Positions 44,611-57,000 of a DNA stretch of 64,000 nucleotides are shown piece after piece; position 1 is the stretch's first letter; each line of letters starts with the position of its first letter. Where the stretch lies: positions 16,953,651 through 17,017,650 of the forward strand of contig OZ316891.1 of the NCBI GenBank assembly GCA_973895155.1, read 5' to 3'. Both the position numbers and the translations under genes were made by a program. The notes under the pieces are model-generated. The model saw only the letters and a program-made list of their open reading frames with translations. It searched no databases and had not been told where the DNA came from. The stretch is from Marsupella aquatica (Eukaryota; Plantae; Marchantiophyta).

Positions 44611-47600
44611 CGATTAAGAGATATCACAATCTTGTCACCGTCACAAACTTAACTGCTACAAATTGATTTCTTTGATTACATCACCATCGCTTGTCCACAA
44701 TGCTTGCTTCCCGGCTTGAATTGTTTGCATCTCTTAGATAGTCTTCAACTAAAGCTCACTCTGAACACAGGTTGACGCCAAATGCAGCCTCTATGTCAAA
44801 GAAACAATTTTTGGTCTTCCCCTCACACCATAGCTTTCTTAAATAAAAATAATTACAAATCCTTTGTTTGAAGTGACGGCTCGTTTGTTTTGTGTGAACA
44901 TTCTTCCCACCAAATTGACAAGCGCTCTTTTGCCAACAGTTGAGTGTTGGGCTCTAGTCTGTCTTGTGGCGGTAATGCTCAATGTAACTCACAAACAATC
45001 AATCAAGAATGGTTGAAAGATTATTTCTCCAATGTGTAAGCAAAACCTATAAGAAAACTCAATTCCTCCACATTCAACCTTTCGTTTGATTAATCTCTAT
45101 CTTTTGAGCATTTGTTTTTGTACAAGCAAACACCAACACCATCGGGAGACTCAAAACCGTTGGTTACCGCCTTGATGAAAATTGATTTCACTTAATCACG
45201 CAAACATTCCTTGGATGAACATGGAGGTCCACGGATTAATTGTAGGATAACCCAAAGTATTGGCAACAACTCAAGGAGATGCTGATAGGAAAAAGGCAAA
45301 GACGGCTCCCTCGGGTAAGCACCTTAGCCGACTATATGATGATTTACCAGGACCTAGAAGCGCCTGAGATTTCTATCGAGATATTGGGCTGCACTATTTA
45401 GTTTGTACCGATAGACGGCAGGTCCGGAGTAAATATCATGATGGAAGACACTTCCGTGAGGTTAGGATATACGTCATATTAACCTATCGCCCGTGCCATT
45501 TGGCTAGCAAACGACGTTGTCATGATAATTCAATTATTCATGATGAAATCATTACCACTAAGTATATAAGTAAGTATATAGGTTAGCTTTATATATTGTT
45601 ATGGGGTAACTAAATAATTTGACTATTATGTGTGTGCATGCAAGGTAAGCAACTATGCAAACCACAAGATGCATGCACAAATTGTTTGGATGCATGTGCA
45701 AATTGTTTTATTTGCATGCAATAGTCATTTTATGTACTATTGCATGTCATACTAGCTAGCATACATGATATACTAGCACACATTCCTACATTGGATGTGT
45801 GCCACTTGGCTTTCATCCAAACGTTTGGGCGTAATCCATGCCCTCTTGGATTCAATATAAATAAAGTGGTGAGGGGCACTCTCTCCTCATTCTCATATTT
45901 TGATAATTTCCGCGTCGAAACGATGCTCTTTTCTTCTCTCATCTTTCTATTCTATTCTTTGCCTTATGTACATAGTAGTGGGGCATCCTTTGGCCAGGAT
46001 AGCAAAGGAATGAGTGGTAGACTTATAGATGGGACCTTAGGGAACAAGGTCTCTTTGGAAACTTAGGGGTGGGGCATCCTTTGGCCCGGATAGCAAAGGA
46101 ACAAGAGAGTCATTATGAATCCAGGAGGGAGAGATATCCTTAATCTTCCCCTTCGTAATCCATTTTTGGTTAGAGTCCATCTTTTAGATAAGCCATCCAT
46201 GAGGCAGCATTTAACTTATCACTTTGGAGCTCAATTTGTAGCTGCTGTTATGAGTTCTAATGAGCCAATAGTATACCTAGTAGTGTCTTACCGAGAGGAG
46301 TGGGAGTGCATTATCTTTGTCCTTTATTGAAGTCATGGATCTAAATAGGAGTCCATATGATATTCCTATCTCATTTTCTCTTGGAGATATTAGGATTGTA
46401 TGTCATAGAAAAATTAGTTTCCGAGATGTGTTGATCCGCAAGTATGGTGAAGTAGGATTTAATAGTATATTAGTTTCACCTGAACCTTTCTTAATACCCA
46501 CCACCCTTCTTACAAGAGTTGTCATTTTGGTTTTAGTATAGAACTTATGGGCATGCAAGGTTAACTTCATAAGAGCCAACATGCTCTTACCAGAAAACAC
46601 GGTCACCCGGACAATGCCCAAATCATACCGTTGGGAACATTGACCAAAATATCTACGTGGATTGGGGGTCTCAAGTTTTTCCTAAATTACCTGGTGATGC
46701 GACCAGTCCGACCCTTATCTTACCCGATACTGTTGGGCAGACTTACCCTGGTTATACGGTGCCCTAGTCATTATCAATTGGGGAAAGAAGGAGTTACAAT
46801 TTGGTAACCCAACTACAACGGTATCATGGAAGGAGGAGGACTATCAGGGCAAAACTCCTTATTGAAATTGATTGTCTGCCCAATCCAATACTTGGGCTTT
46901 TCTTCCTTCTCCTTCAAATTGAATGTCCCAATTGGAATTGTCCACTTATCAAATCAATTTATATATTTTTTGTAAAAATGATTTACAACACACTTTGGTT
47001 GCTTGGGCTTGAAGGCGTTTCTTCTCTTCTCTATTTTGATAGCATATCTCTCTCTCTCTAGGGTTAGTACCATCTGTACTCATGGAGGTCCATCCTTACT
47101 TCATAATTCTAATTATTCTTTCATGAATGTGCTCCATTAATAAAAAATAGAAAATACTTATCAGACTTCCTCCATAGATCCTGACTTCTAAACCACATTG
47201 TTACCTTAATTTGGATCAAATTTAAAATCCCCAAATTTTTGTAATCATTTTTGTTTATTGGCTCCTACAGCAATTTAAATTGAAGTTGTCGGGATTCAAA
47301 TTCCTTCTACCGCACAACACCAAATCCTTGAGCACTATCTTAAATCAAAAACATTGGCTTACATATGATAACAAACAATCTTAATTACCAATGAATTGAT
47401 ACATCTATCAATTCATTTCGTCAAGACGATTGGCATCATTTGCAATCCCTTTATGCCCCATTCATGACGATTCATTCTTGGCACCAATGGTCGGGCGTTC
47501 TGTCTCCTGGATCTTGTTACTATCTTCCTCCTTGAGGATTTGATGGTGCACCTTCCTCATCCTTTTGACATACGTTTTGGGTGCATTCTTGATTGTGAAT

Positions 47601-47695
47601 GGTTGTACGTCAAACTTAAACACCAAGGGCGGCATCCACAAATTGTCCTCCATCACAAACGGTTTGTAAAACTTGGCACAGTCTTCAAACTTCAA

Positions 47696-47850
47696 TTTTA
47701 TTTTATTTATTATTTATTATTAATTTTCCACATAAAACCCGCAAAACCCTACGGGAAAGGGGGCCAAAAAGGCAACAAAGACGCCCAAAAAGAGCAAGCC
47801 AGAGCCCGAGAGGAACACTACAAGGCCGCTAAAGAGCACAATACTTCTAT
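47696..47850 (-). mobile_element. Short LINE 3'-end fragment
   Basis: A (TTA/TTTA)n tail next to CCCGCAAAACCCTACGGGAAAGGGGGC, similar to the LINE 3' end at 48376-48403. Confidence 0.4.
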
Positions 47851-48216
47851 TGCAATTGTGACGGGTCCTAGCAGAATTTTTTTGATACATCTAAGGCACC
47901 CGTGACAAGTCCTAGCATTAGCATTTCAGGTCAGTGAGCCTAGAAAATCAATAGCGAACAGGAGCAGTAGCTCGACCCCTGGCAGCCCAACCAGGGAAAA
48001 GACCAAAGCAGGGGAGAGTAACCCTGTCAAAGAGTGAACAAGGCGTAAATTCATGGCATTAGTTCGAGAGAGATAGTGTGAACCGTGCCGTAGGCCTCAA
48101 AATCCAGTTCAGACATTCTATGACAGTTTCCTCCTTGGTCCGCAATTTTATTTTTATTTCCAATCTATTGGCAAAACTTCAATCCGCTGTCTTCATAACT
48201 CAATTTCTTAATTTAT

Positions 48217-48360
48217 TCCCCGGCAGCGGCGCCAAAAAGAATATGTGGTAAGCGTTTTAGATGACACTTGTATAAAATATATCTTAGAAACTTGAATTCG
48301 TTCCCATAGGGAATAAAGGAAATCAAGTTATGATAGTATTCCTTGGAATTGTAGCCATTT
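48217..48360 (-). mobile_element. PBS and 5' LTR end of decayed gypsy element 'F' (internal remnants extend left to ~45900)
   Basis: 48234-48217 reads TGGCGCCGCTGCCGGGGA, identical to the PBS of A, 9 nt from an LTR-like ...TTACCACA end at 48244. Confidence 0.7.
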
Positions 48361-50715
48361 TATATATTTTAGTCCCCCCGCGAAAAGCCCCACGGGGAGG
48401 GCGCACAAACAGAACATATTCCGGGGAGACAGCCCAGACAAAACAGAGGACCAAACCACAAAAAACCACCTCAAACCCACATCAGGCAGGGAATTAATCT
48501 CCCGAGCGACACCTAACAGCAAAAGAGGACGACCACACAACCTAATAACCATCTAGAGGGCATCCATGCCCCCAGAACCATATACATTCAACGGTCTCAA
48601 CGTTCCAACCTCCCAGCAAAATCAGAGTCAACCAGCGGAAGTGAAACTGGTCCCCCCACCGCCGAGCCAGCTCCTGCGAAGCCCATCAATACATGATTTG
48701 GCCCGTAGCAGGCGTGTGCACTTCCTCCCTGGGGGGCAACGCCGACCAGAGGCAAATAAGTTCTCCACTGCCTCCAACAGGACAAGTCCCAAGTCAAACA
48801 CTCGTCTCCCCCCCATCTGAAACATGTGAGTGTTTCTCCCAATCCAGAGCCTCCAGAGAATCTGGTGCAAGACAAAAAGTTGCGCCACTCCCACAGGCTC
48901 CCTCCCACAGGCAGCATCTAAAAGGGCCATCAGCCCTTGTCCAATTGGCATATCCAGCGCACTCAATGAGGTCAAACAGATACGCCAGCAGCAGACAGCA
49001 TGTGCACAATGGAAAAAAAGGTGAGGGATGGTTTCCAGCCGTTCGTTGCACAACTTGCAGGCACCGTTGCTCACCTCTAATCAAAGCTCAAGGGCCCCAG
49101 TGAACAAGCCCCCCACAATGATCCTCCAAATAAAGGTCTTGCCTCTGGTTGGTAAATCCAATCTCCACAGTCTGTACCAACTCTCATTCCAACCTCTCTC
49201 CTCTCGGGTAAGAGACCAGATCCTATTCAGGCGTTTGTGATTTGAGGTCTTGGGCCGCAGGAAGTCATACACTCTGCAATTCTCAATTCTGAAATCCTTC
49301 AATGGTTCAGGTCTATCTGTCCACCTCCACTGTTTGGCATACAGGAAGTACTCTAACTGGCAGTGTGAAGCGCTCCATATACTTTCCAAGAACTTCCATG
49401 CAAGCAATCGATGCTCCGCAGAGAAGCCACACATATTGCTCCATCTAAGTGGGAGGTCCTTCCAACATCCTTCCTCCGCCGACCAACCATCACCAATCGA
49501 TCTCATTCCCAACCGGCCACAGATCGTTGCAATGTCCATAATGGCCAAATTAGGAAGAGAATGAAAGCCCACCATGCATCTGAGTGTGTCGGTGATGCTC
49601 CACCGGGCAGGCGGCCCCCCCCGGCCAGGCTCAAAGGATAGATGAGCTCTCACAAGCTCCCAGCATTGCCAGAGACCCGTAGTGTAGGGGAGCCCACTAA
49701 AAGTACGAGGTGTACATAAAAGCAATTGGTCTTGGAAGGAGTAACCATTTCTCCTAATAACCTTGTAGTTCATCCACCCCAACAGTCCCAGATTGGCCGC
49801 CAACATCTTGGACCATTCCAGTTCAGGCGAGTTCAGTGCTTTAGTGAACCATTGCGAGAGCAGGGCATCAGAGTGACTGCGGAAATCCCAAAATCCCAGT
49901 CCCCCCTCCACCCGTGGCAGTGCCATCCGGTCCCAAGCCACCAACGGAACCTTCTTCCCTCCTGAATCGTTGTATCCCCATAGAAAATCCCTATTGAGAG
50001 CAATAATCTTCTTGGCTAGACCAGCAGACGCCTTGCAATACATTACATGATAGATCGGAATAGCAAGCAATACCTGTTTAACTAGTAATGATCGACCAGT
50101 AAAGGGGGTATAACCACCGTGACAGCAAACAGTAAATAGTTACTCGTAACAGCAAATGGGTGGTAAAAATTTTGGAATTTTTTGGGGAATTTTTTTGGGG
50201 GGGGGGGGAATTTTTTGGGGGGAAAAATATTAAATTTTTTTTGTGATTCAGTTTTTTTTGGCTAGCGCCCGGAGCTAGTAATAGTATCGCCTTACACTAG
50301 AAAAACATTGTCATGTTTTAAATTATTTTGAAAATTGTGACTTTAATGACACATTTTTAGATTGTATAGTTTGCTCGTAATAGTAGATCAGTTTGCTATT
50401 TGCTGTCACGGTGAAAACCCTCCAGTAAAGGAAAGCAGCTTGTTGGACCAAAGAGCAAGCCTGGCACAAATTTTGTCAAGGCAGAATTTGTGCAGTTGTT
50501 CCGTGCTCAAGCCCACACCAAATGGTGCACACCAAGATATTTTTGCATCTCTCCCCTTTGACTGATATGACAGCCCGTGTTATTCAGCCAAGCCGAGACC
50601 TCCTCCATTGCCAATGGGATCACAATTGATTTCTTCAAATTCAGTTGAGCACCGCTAGCCTTCTCGTAACAGTCAAGAGCAGTTGTTGCTTCTTTGTAAG
50701 TAGTGGGTAATTCCA
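48360..50715 (-). mobile_element. 5'-truncated L1-like LINE (RT C-terminus, zf-RVT region, 3' UTR)
   Basis: YEKASGAQLNLKKS, KYLG, LSFTGRSLLVKQVLLAIPIY, VAWDRMALPRVEGGLG, KTFIWRI, CKLCNERLETIPHLFFHC, WRLWIGRN. Boundaries approximate. Confidence 0.9.
50105..50421. mobile_element. Mutator-like MITE inserted in the LINE
   Basis: TIRs GGGGTATAACCACCGTGACAGCAAA / TTTGCTGTCACGGTGAAAACCCT; direct repeat CCAGTAAAG(G) at 50096 and 50422; removal restores LINE frame KLLSFTGRS. Confidence 0.88.
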
Positions 50716-50807
50716 AAAGTAGGAAGAAACTGAAAATTTTTAAATTTTCTATGGTGTTTAAACTATAATTATTGCTAACATAGCGGAGATAGCATTCTGT
50801 CGGCAAG

Positions 50808-50952
50808 TTACGGGTTCCCAAGTCTAAGTTACGAGTAAACTCTTGTTTACGAGTTTACTAGTTACTAGTTAATAGTATCCTGGTTTATGAGTTTACGAGT
50901 TCACGACTATTTACTAGTTACGAGTTTACTAGTTAGGGCTTTACGAGTTTTG
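50808..50952. repeat. Cluster of (G)TTACGAGT / TTACTAGT motifs upstream of accessory ORF 'G'
   Basis: About ten short copies in ~145 bp. Confidence 0.7.
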
Positions 50953-51148
50953 CCTTACGCGTTGGCGACCGGGGATCGCGACGTCTTACGGCTACATTCA
51001 ACGGGACTTAGAAACGGAATGGCGAGCGTGCATTGAAGCGAAGGCAAGGTAGACCTTGGGCGCTCACTCCTGACTAAATCCCTACCTCCTCTATTGATCC
51101 TTTCGGCCTCCCCATTTCTTTGCGCTACTACAAGAAACAATTTGAGCT

Positions 51149-53574
51149 ATGGATGGCCTGGGAGCTGATGAGCAGTACCGAGTTGACGCATTGGCAATTC
51201 CTAAGAGCGTAGTCGCTCGAATTCCACAAGCGCCCGATAGTTATGCAAATTTACAGACTTCATTATAGCAGCTAGGTCTGGGGCATCTACTTGTCGTTCC
51301 TTGGGACGTAGAACTTGACTCATACTTGCAAGATTTTGTGAAGGGGTCGCTGCTTGCTCCTGAATTTTGACAGACCATTCAAGCTCGGCCAAGTCTGTGG
51401 ATTGTGGAGCAAATTGCTCGTGCCTTCCGCTGCCCTTCAGAAGGAGAAGGATTGTATTCAAAGAAGAAAGATTTGTCTACTCCCTACTTCTCTGGGATTC
51501 GCAATCTCACAAATGGCTGGAATCTAACACAGTGTACTTATCCAGATTTGAGAGTGCTTCTGGAATTTCTAGTGCCAATTTTACACCCAAAAAAGCCAAC
51601 CAATTGCCCAGTGGCTTTGGTGAACACAATTGTAGTTGCACACAGTGGAGCCATCGAAGTGAATTGGGCCTTGTTAATTTTCAATGTGATGAAGGATCAG
51701 GTGAGGAGCATGAAGGCAGGTAGACCTACCTATTTGCAGGTATATCTGTCTTAGCTCTATCAGGCTTATGGTTGTTTACATCCAGAGGAGAGAACAGAAA
51801 AAGGATTACTCCTGATCAAACTAGGCATTGAAGAAGAAATTGGTGTGGAAGAACCAGTGGATGCTATTCCCCTGGATTCTAATGATCAGAATGTGGATGT
51901 TGATATGGATTTGGAAGATGCCTTAGTGGGTGAACTTGAAGTTTCATCTGCTCATGATATGGAGTTGGTTCGACATCCTCTGGTTAACTTGGTGTATCAA
52001 GAGAAGTCAACGTGGAAAATCAACCTGGAGCTGAAAAAGCTGAGGACGTCTCTGAGCAACACGAAGCTGTTGCTGACCCGACCACTGCTGTCATCCTGAG
52101 GGTTGATCCGACTACTTCTTCAAAGGTAGAGTTCAACCAGCAACTTATTGATAAGTTAATTGCTCTTTTCGGTTGTGATGATGTGGAACTCTATAATGTT
52201 GTCTGTAATTTAAGATCAGAGGTAGTCAGCTTATCATCCCCATTTCCAGATCAATTAACTCCTATCAGGACCACCTCCCCTATTGTGGGATCAGCCTTAG
52301 AAGAATTCGTTGCTCTCAGTCCTGTTGCACCACCAAACCTGCCTGTAGAGCCAAGTGAACCTGTTCCTATGACAAAGGATGTAAATTATGTTGCCATTGT
52401 AAATGACTTACTGGACATGCTACAGTGTGAGCCACAGGAGATTATGTCCGTTGTTAGCCACTTAACTCAGAAATCTCCAGTTATTAAAATTCCCCATCAT
52501 CCAGATCCTTACTCATACAGTCCTGATTCCAACTATGAACCCATTGATGGACCTATCTTCACTCGGGGTCGCTCTGAAGATCCTTATGTTAGACGGGATC
52601 TCTCTGATGACTCTGACCCGCCTTTGGATAATGACACTTATAGATCTTATGACAATTCCCTTGAGTCATCACCAAGGCAGGGGTTTGAAGATGTTGATAC
52701 AGCTTTGAGGTCAAACCCAAACCTAGTAGCAGTGGTTACGTCCTCTACTCAGACTCCCAGGAATGCTACTATTGAGAAGAAGTATCCCAGGCTTCCCCAG
52801 GCTCCAGTACAGAAGTATGTAGACATCTGTAAGGTTATGCATGCCAACATGCCACCACTTGGAGAATTCTGGAGATACTATTACTTAAAGAAAATTGAGG
52901 CGAGCTACATTTTTGACCTAAAGTATCATGGGACTTCTCGATTGGAAATGGCCCAGTTTGATGAGCACTGGACTGACTCTGTCTACTTTTGACCTATTCT
53001 GGCAATGATGTTGCTGCAAGGTGATGTAGAAGTGGAGGATCCTGACCTACTCCTGGCCTACTTTGGGAATTTTGCAGCTTATGTTCTAGACTTTGTGCTT
53101 ACTTTTCTCATGCAGAGTAAGAAATCAACTTCTTGGCAGAACAACTACATCCCTAAGGAACCTAAGGTTATGTTGGTTTCAACCAGCACATTGGTTGATA
53201 AGCAGAGAATCTGGGATAATGTCACCACTCACACTTTGGGCAAGTTCAACCGGTACTTTAAGGATGTATGTTGGAGACTTCGACCTTTCTACTCGAAGAT
53301 GATGAGAACTGAGGATTTCATGGCCTATTATCCCTAGGTTCATGCTGCTACCTGCAATCACTATGATGTGATTGGAATTTATAGGGAGGCACTCCGAATA
53401 GACTCTTGTTATTTGATGAGGAGAATGCCTGTGATGTATCCAGATAGGCAACTGAGATGTTTGCCCTATTCTCAAGGTTCAGCACGACAGGCTGAGCTCA
53501 TGGAGGTTGTCCAATCAGGCACTATTGCTTTTGTGGAGCTTCTCAAAATCAACGACATTCAACACCGAGACTAA
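51149..53574 (+). pseudogene. Decayed accessory ORF 'G', homologous to the extra ORFs of A and C
   Basis: LGLGHLLVVPW, ARPSLW, NGWNLTQC, EFLVPILHPKKP, VNWA, TYLQVYL; several in-frame stops and a frameshift near 52010; distinct C-terminal region. Confidence 0.8.
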
Positions 53575-53884
53575 GGCAGAAGTCCTAAGTGTTTTTAGTT
53601 AGTTTAGAGTAGTGCATCTTGTCCGATTTTTAGAAATATGTTCTAGAGCTTTAAAAGCTGTCATACTTCTTTAGTATATAGTCTGGGGGTATTTACATAA
53701 GACAGGAAACGGGAAACCAGGAAACCAAAAACAGCAACCGATGACAGGAAATAGGAAACGGGAAAGACAAAACATTAACAAAAAATGCTCAAAATGTTTC
53801 CAGCGTGAACCAAGATGTTGACTTCGAAACAGGTTTTTTAGAAGATTTGTGTCAAATCCAGGCAAAATGGTAGAGACCAAGAGC

Positions 53885-53956
53885 ACCTACTAGTGTGAAA
53901 GAACTAAGGGGATTCCTTGGCATGGTGGGTTACTACTGAAGATTCGTAGAGGGCAT
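53885..53956 (+). pseudogene. Small gypsy RT/RNase H linker fragment
   Basis: PTSVKELRGFLGMVGYY*RFVEG, lying between two copies of a ~40-bp direct repeat. Confidence 0.6.
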
Positions 53957-54026
53957 TTCCATTACACAAGAAACAGGAATTTCAAAGATTCGTGTCAAAT
54001 CCAGGAGAAATGGTCGAGACCGAGAG

Positions 54027-57000
54027 TAGCGCCAGGCGCTCGTTTTATAAAATTTTGGGAACAGTACATTTAAACCCAGGTATTCCCAGAAAGTATAGGC
54101 TCGCACCAGGCGCTACCAAAACTAGTTTATAAATGTCCGCTATCTACTCTTTACACAAGCGAATCAAAATACGATAGCGATTAGAAAATTGTAATGTAGT
54201 CTTTCATCCAGTACCACAAATGAAAGGGGCTAGTCCCGAACACATTGGTTACACATTGCCCACACACAAAACACATTGCCGTCTTTGTGCATCGGGAGAT
54301 TAGAGAACATTGGGCGCCTCCATCAGGAAAGTGAGCACACTAGCGCCGGGCGCTAGTTCTGTCGGTCGTGGACGAACCGCACTCATCATCGAGTCCAGCC
54401 ATAGATCGGGCTCTGTCAGGGACAAAACCATGCTCACGATTGCTGATAAATGCCAAGGATGGCGTAATCTCCACACCTCTTTGAGAGTCCTTGGCAGGAA
54501 TGGTTGTATTCTGGAAATCAATCCTCCCTAGGTCCTCCTGGGTGCGCATGTCATCCTGACGAGTCGGGCTGTGAGGAAGAGGAGGACAATGAATTTTAAA
54601 TCTTTCCAAAAAATTCCTTGGCGGGGAATCTCTGAGCCATGGGATAAGCGTCTCGCTCGGGCTAATAGCCTCGCATGGAGGAAGCTTCAGCCTATTTCGA
54701 AAGTTACTCGTCTCGCTCCACTCAGGCTCTTCAGTGACGGGCAGCGGACCCTCCTCTGAAATCATCTGAGACAAACTAGGAACTTCGGTTCGGTGATCCA
54801 TTTTAGGTCAGCGATGGCGATTCGGAAACAAGTGGAAGCAAAAGAGATTAGGTAACGAAAATCCAAAACCGAGATCTCGGTACAAAATGATCACGATGAA
54901 ACGCGAACACAAGGATATACGGAACAATTGAGACCGTGGTTGCCTCAAATGGTGCGTGGAAGGAAACGTTCAATATGTCAGTTGGACATTACGAGAATAT
55001 ATCCATTAGTATAACGAAAATAGAGTATGGAGTAAAATTATAGTAGCGCCTGGCGCTAGTATAACATTGTAAGGTAGTAATGAAAGAAACGAGCCTAAGC
55101 ATGTTGCAATAGATAGTTATATTTCCCAAACCACATTACATGAGTTCTCATTTGAGTAGCGCTCGGCGCTAGCATAACCTCAAAATGAAGGTAATTAATA
55201 TTCTGAACTAACCTCATCAGATAACTCTGACCCGCTTGATTTAGACCTATCGGTGGACTTTGCTTCGTCGTCTATGAATTTGCTTTTGCATATATCATCA
55301 ACATAAGGGTTTCTTAAAAACTTCCTATCAGAACCCCTCCTCAGTTTAAGGCCATTATTCTCCCATTGGAGCGTCCTCACACTATCTACTCTCCTCGCCG
55401 CATTCTCAACGTACGAAGGTAAAACAAATGGTTTTTCCGGAGTCCCAACATAACTCCTGGCAACTTTCCTCCTCAGTTGGAAACGCCTTCGTTGATTCCA
55501 GTCAGACCTGAGGATGAGAATTTCCGGTGGTATGTCAACACAATCCATTTTCTGACAATATATCTAAAAAAGGATTGGAAAGCGAAAGCGAAGAGTGAAT
55601 TCCGGATGAGGGAGCTTGACAGGAAGCTTACGAGCATTACTCAGAAGAATCTCCGTTGTCGCTACCTTCATCAATTTCATGATCGTCTCCAGTTTGAGAT
55701 CCTATGGGAATGACAGAATCCGGCTCTTCCTCCCCTTCCTCCGCATCCTCTTCATCGTCGGAATCAAAATTCAGTACTGATCTAAGCTTGTCTCTCTTCC
55801 TCTTCACAACCACATTTGCGGGAGGAGCTATTATTGGAGGAACTTTTGGAGTTAGAAGATCCAAAAATATCCTTGAGGCTGTTTCAATGAACTCCTTCCT
55901 GTTTTCCACCCCAAGAACAAATCGACCAAAATAGTCCCCGGCCACAAAAGTACTCCCAGAACCGACAGCCCAATCAAAAACAATATCTCCTGGGCAGGTA
56001 ATTAACTCTAGTACCGACTGCATAAATCCAGGATGGAGTCTAGCATTTCCGGCAATCAAGCTCGGGACTAGTATCCACCTTCGCAAACGGAAGTCCTATC
56101 AAATTTGTGCTAGAGGGATCCTCGGTTTTTGATAGGGGCCTGAACTTTGGGTCCTTGGGGATTTTTACTTTTGATGAGATTCGAGAAAAAATATCTAATC
56201 GCAAAGTGAATACCTGAAATGAACAAAATAATGTCAGGTTATGACCCAGAGAGATTAACAGCGCCAGGCGCTAGCAAAAGTTTCAGTAATGTTTGTGTAT
56301 TTACCTGAACATCGGACTTGGCCCGGTACATAGGGAACCCCATCACCACATTATATGTCGAGAGACACTGGAATTTCTTTGACTCTTGACACGTTGAGAT
56401 GACTTGCGAAATCTGATCATAATCCCCCGTATGGAGGATTGCAATCATTCCATCATCAGCCAAGAAAGGATCCATCGCTCGGAAAAAAGATCGAGCTATG
56501 GTGTAGTCAGGAATGTTCCATTTCGGAACTTTCCGGTCGAGCAACGTTGGCTTCAACCCAATTGGTAGATAGATGAAACCAGCGTCAACACCAAAAGGCC
56601 TCTCCTTCCCACCCCTCACGACTCCCTTCGGACGGCATCCTGATTTGACGAGGTCTTTAACCCACTTCTCGGCATCAGTAACCCAATCTGGCTTCTCTTC
56701 CTTATTGAAAACACTATCATAAAATTCAGTAACGCTGGACTCAACTAAACAATGTCGAGATGCTCTGGATTTAAAATTCCCAACATCCCTCTGAAGTCTT
56801 GTGGCAGATAGACTATCTCTTTCCGAATGCCCAGCCTCACGCGTCTTCTTATTCTTTTTCTTTGTGCTGGTTGCATCGATAGGTTTGGTCAATTTCCCCA
56901 AATTCATAGGGGTAATTGGATCTGGTAAAGTACTAGTATTTGCTTTAGATCCTTCTGGCGTAACCTTGGTATCATCTGTCGCGTCCGATATCTTCTGACC

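Noticed and set aside
45900-47690. Short ORFs as host genes
   Set aside because: Fragmentary, and positioned downstream of the element F PBS; most likely decayed gag/internal sequence, with no domain securely identified.
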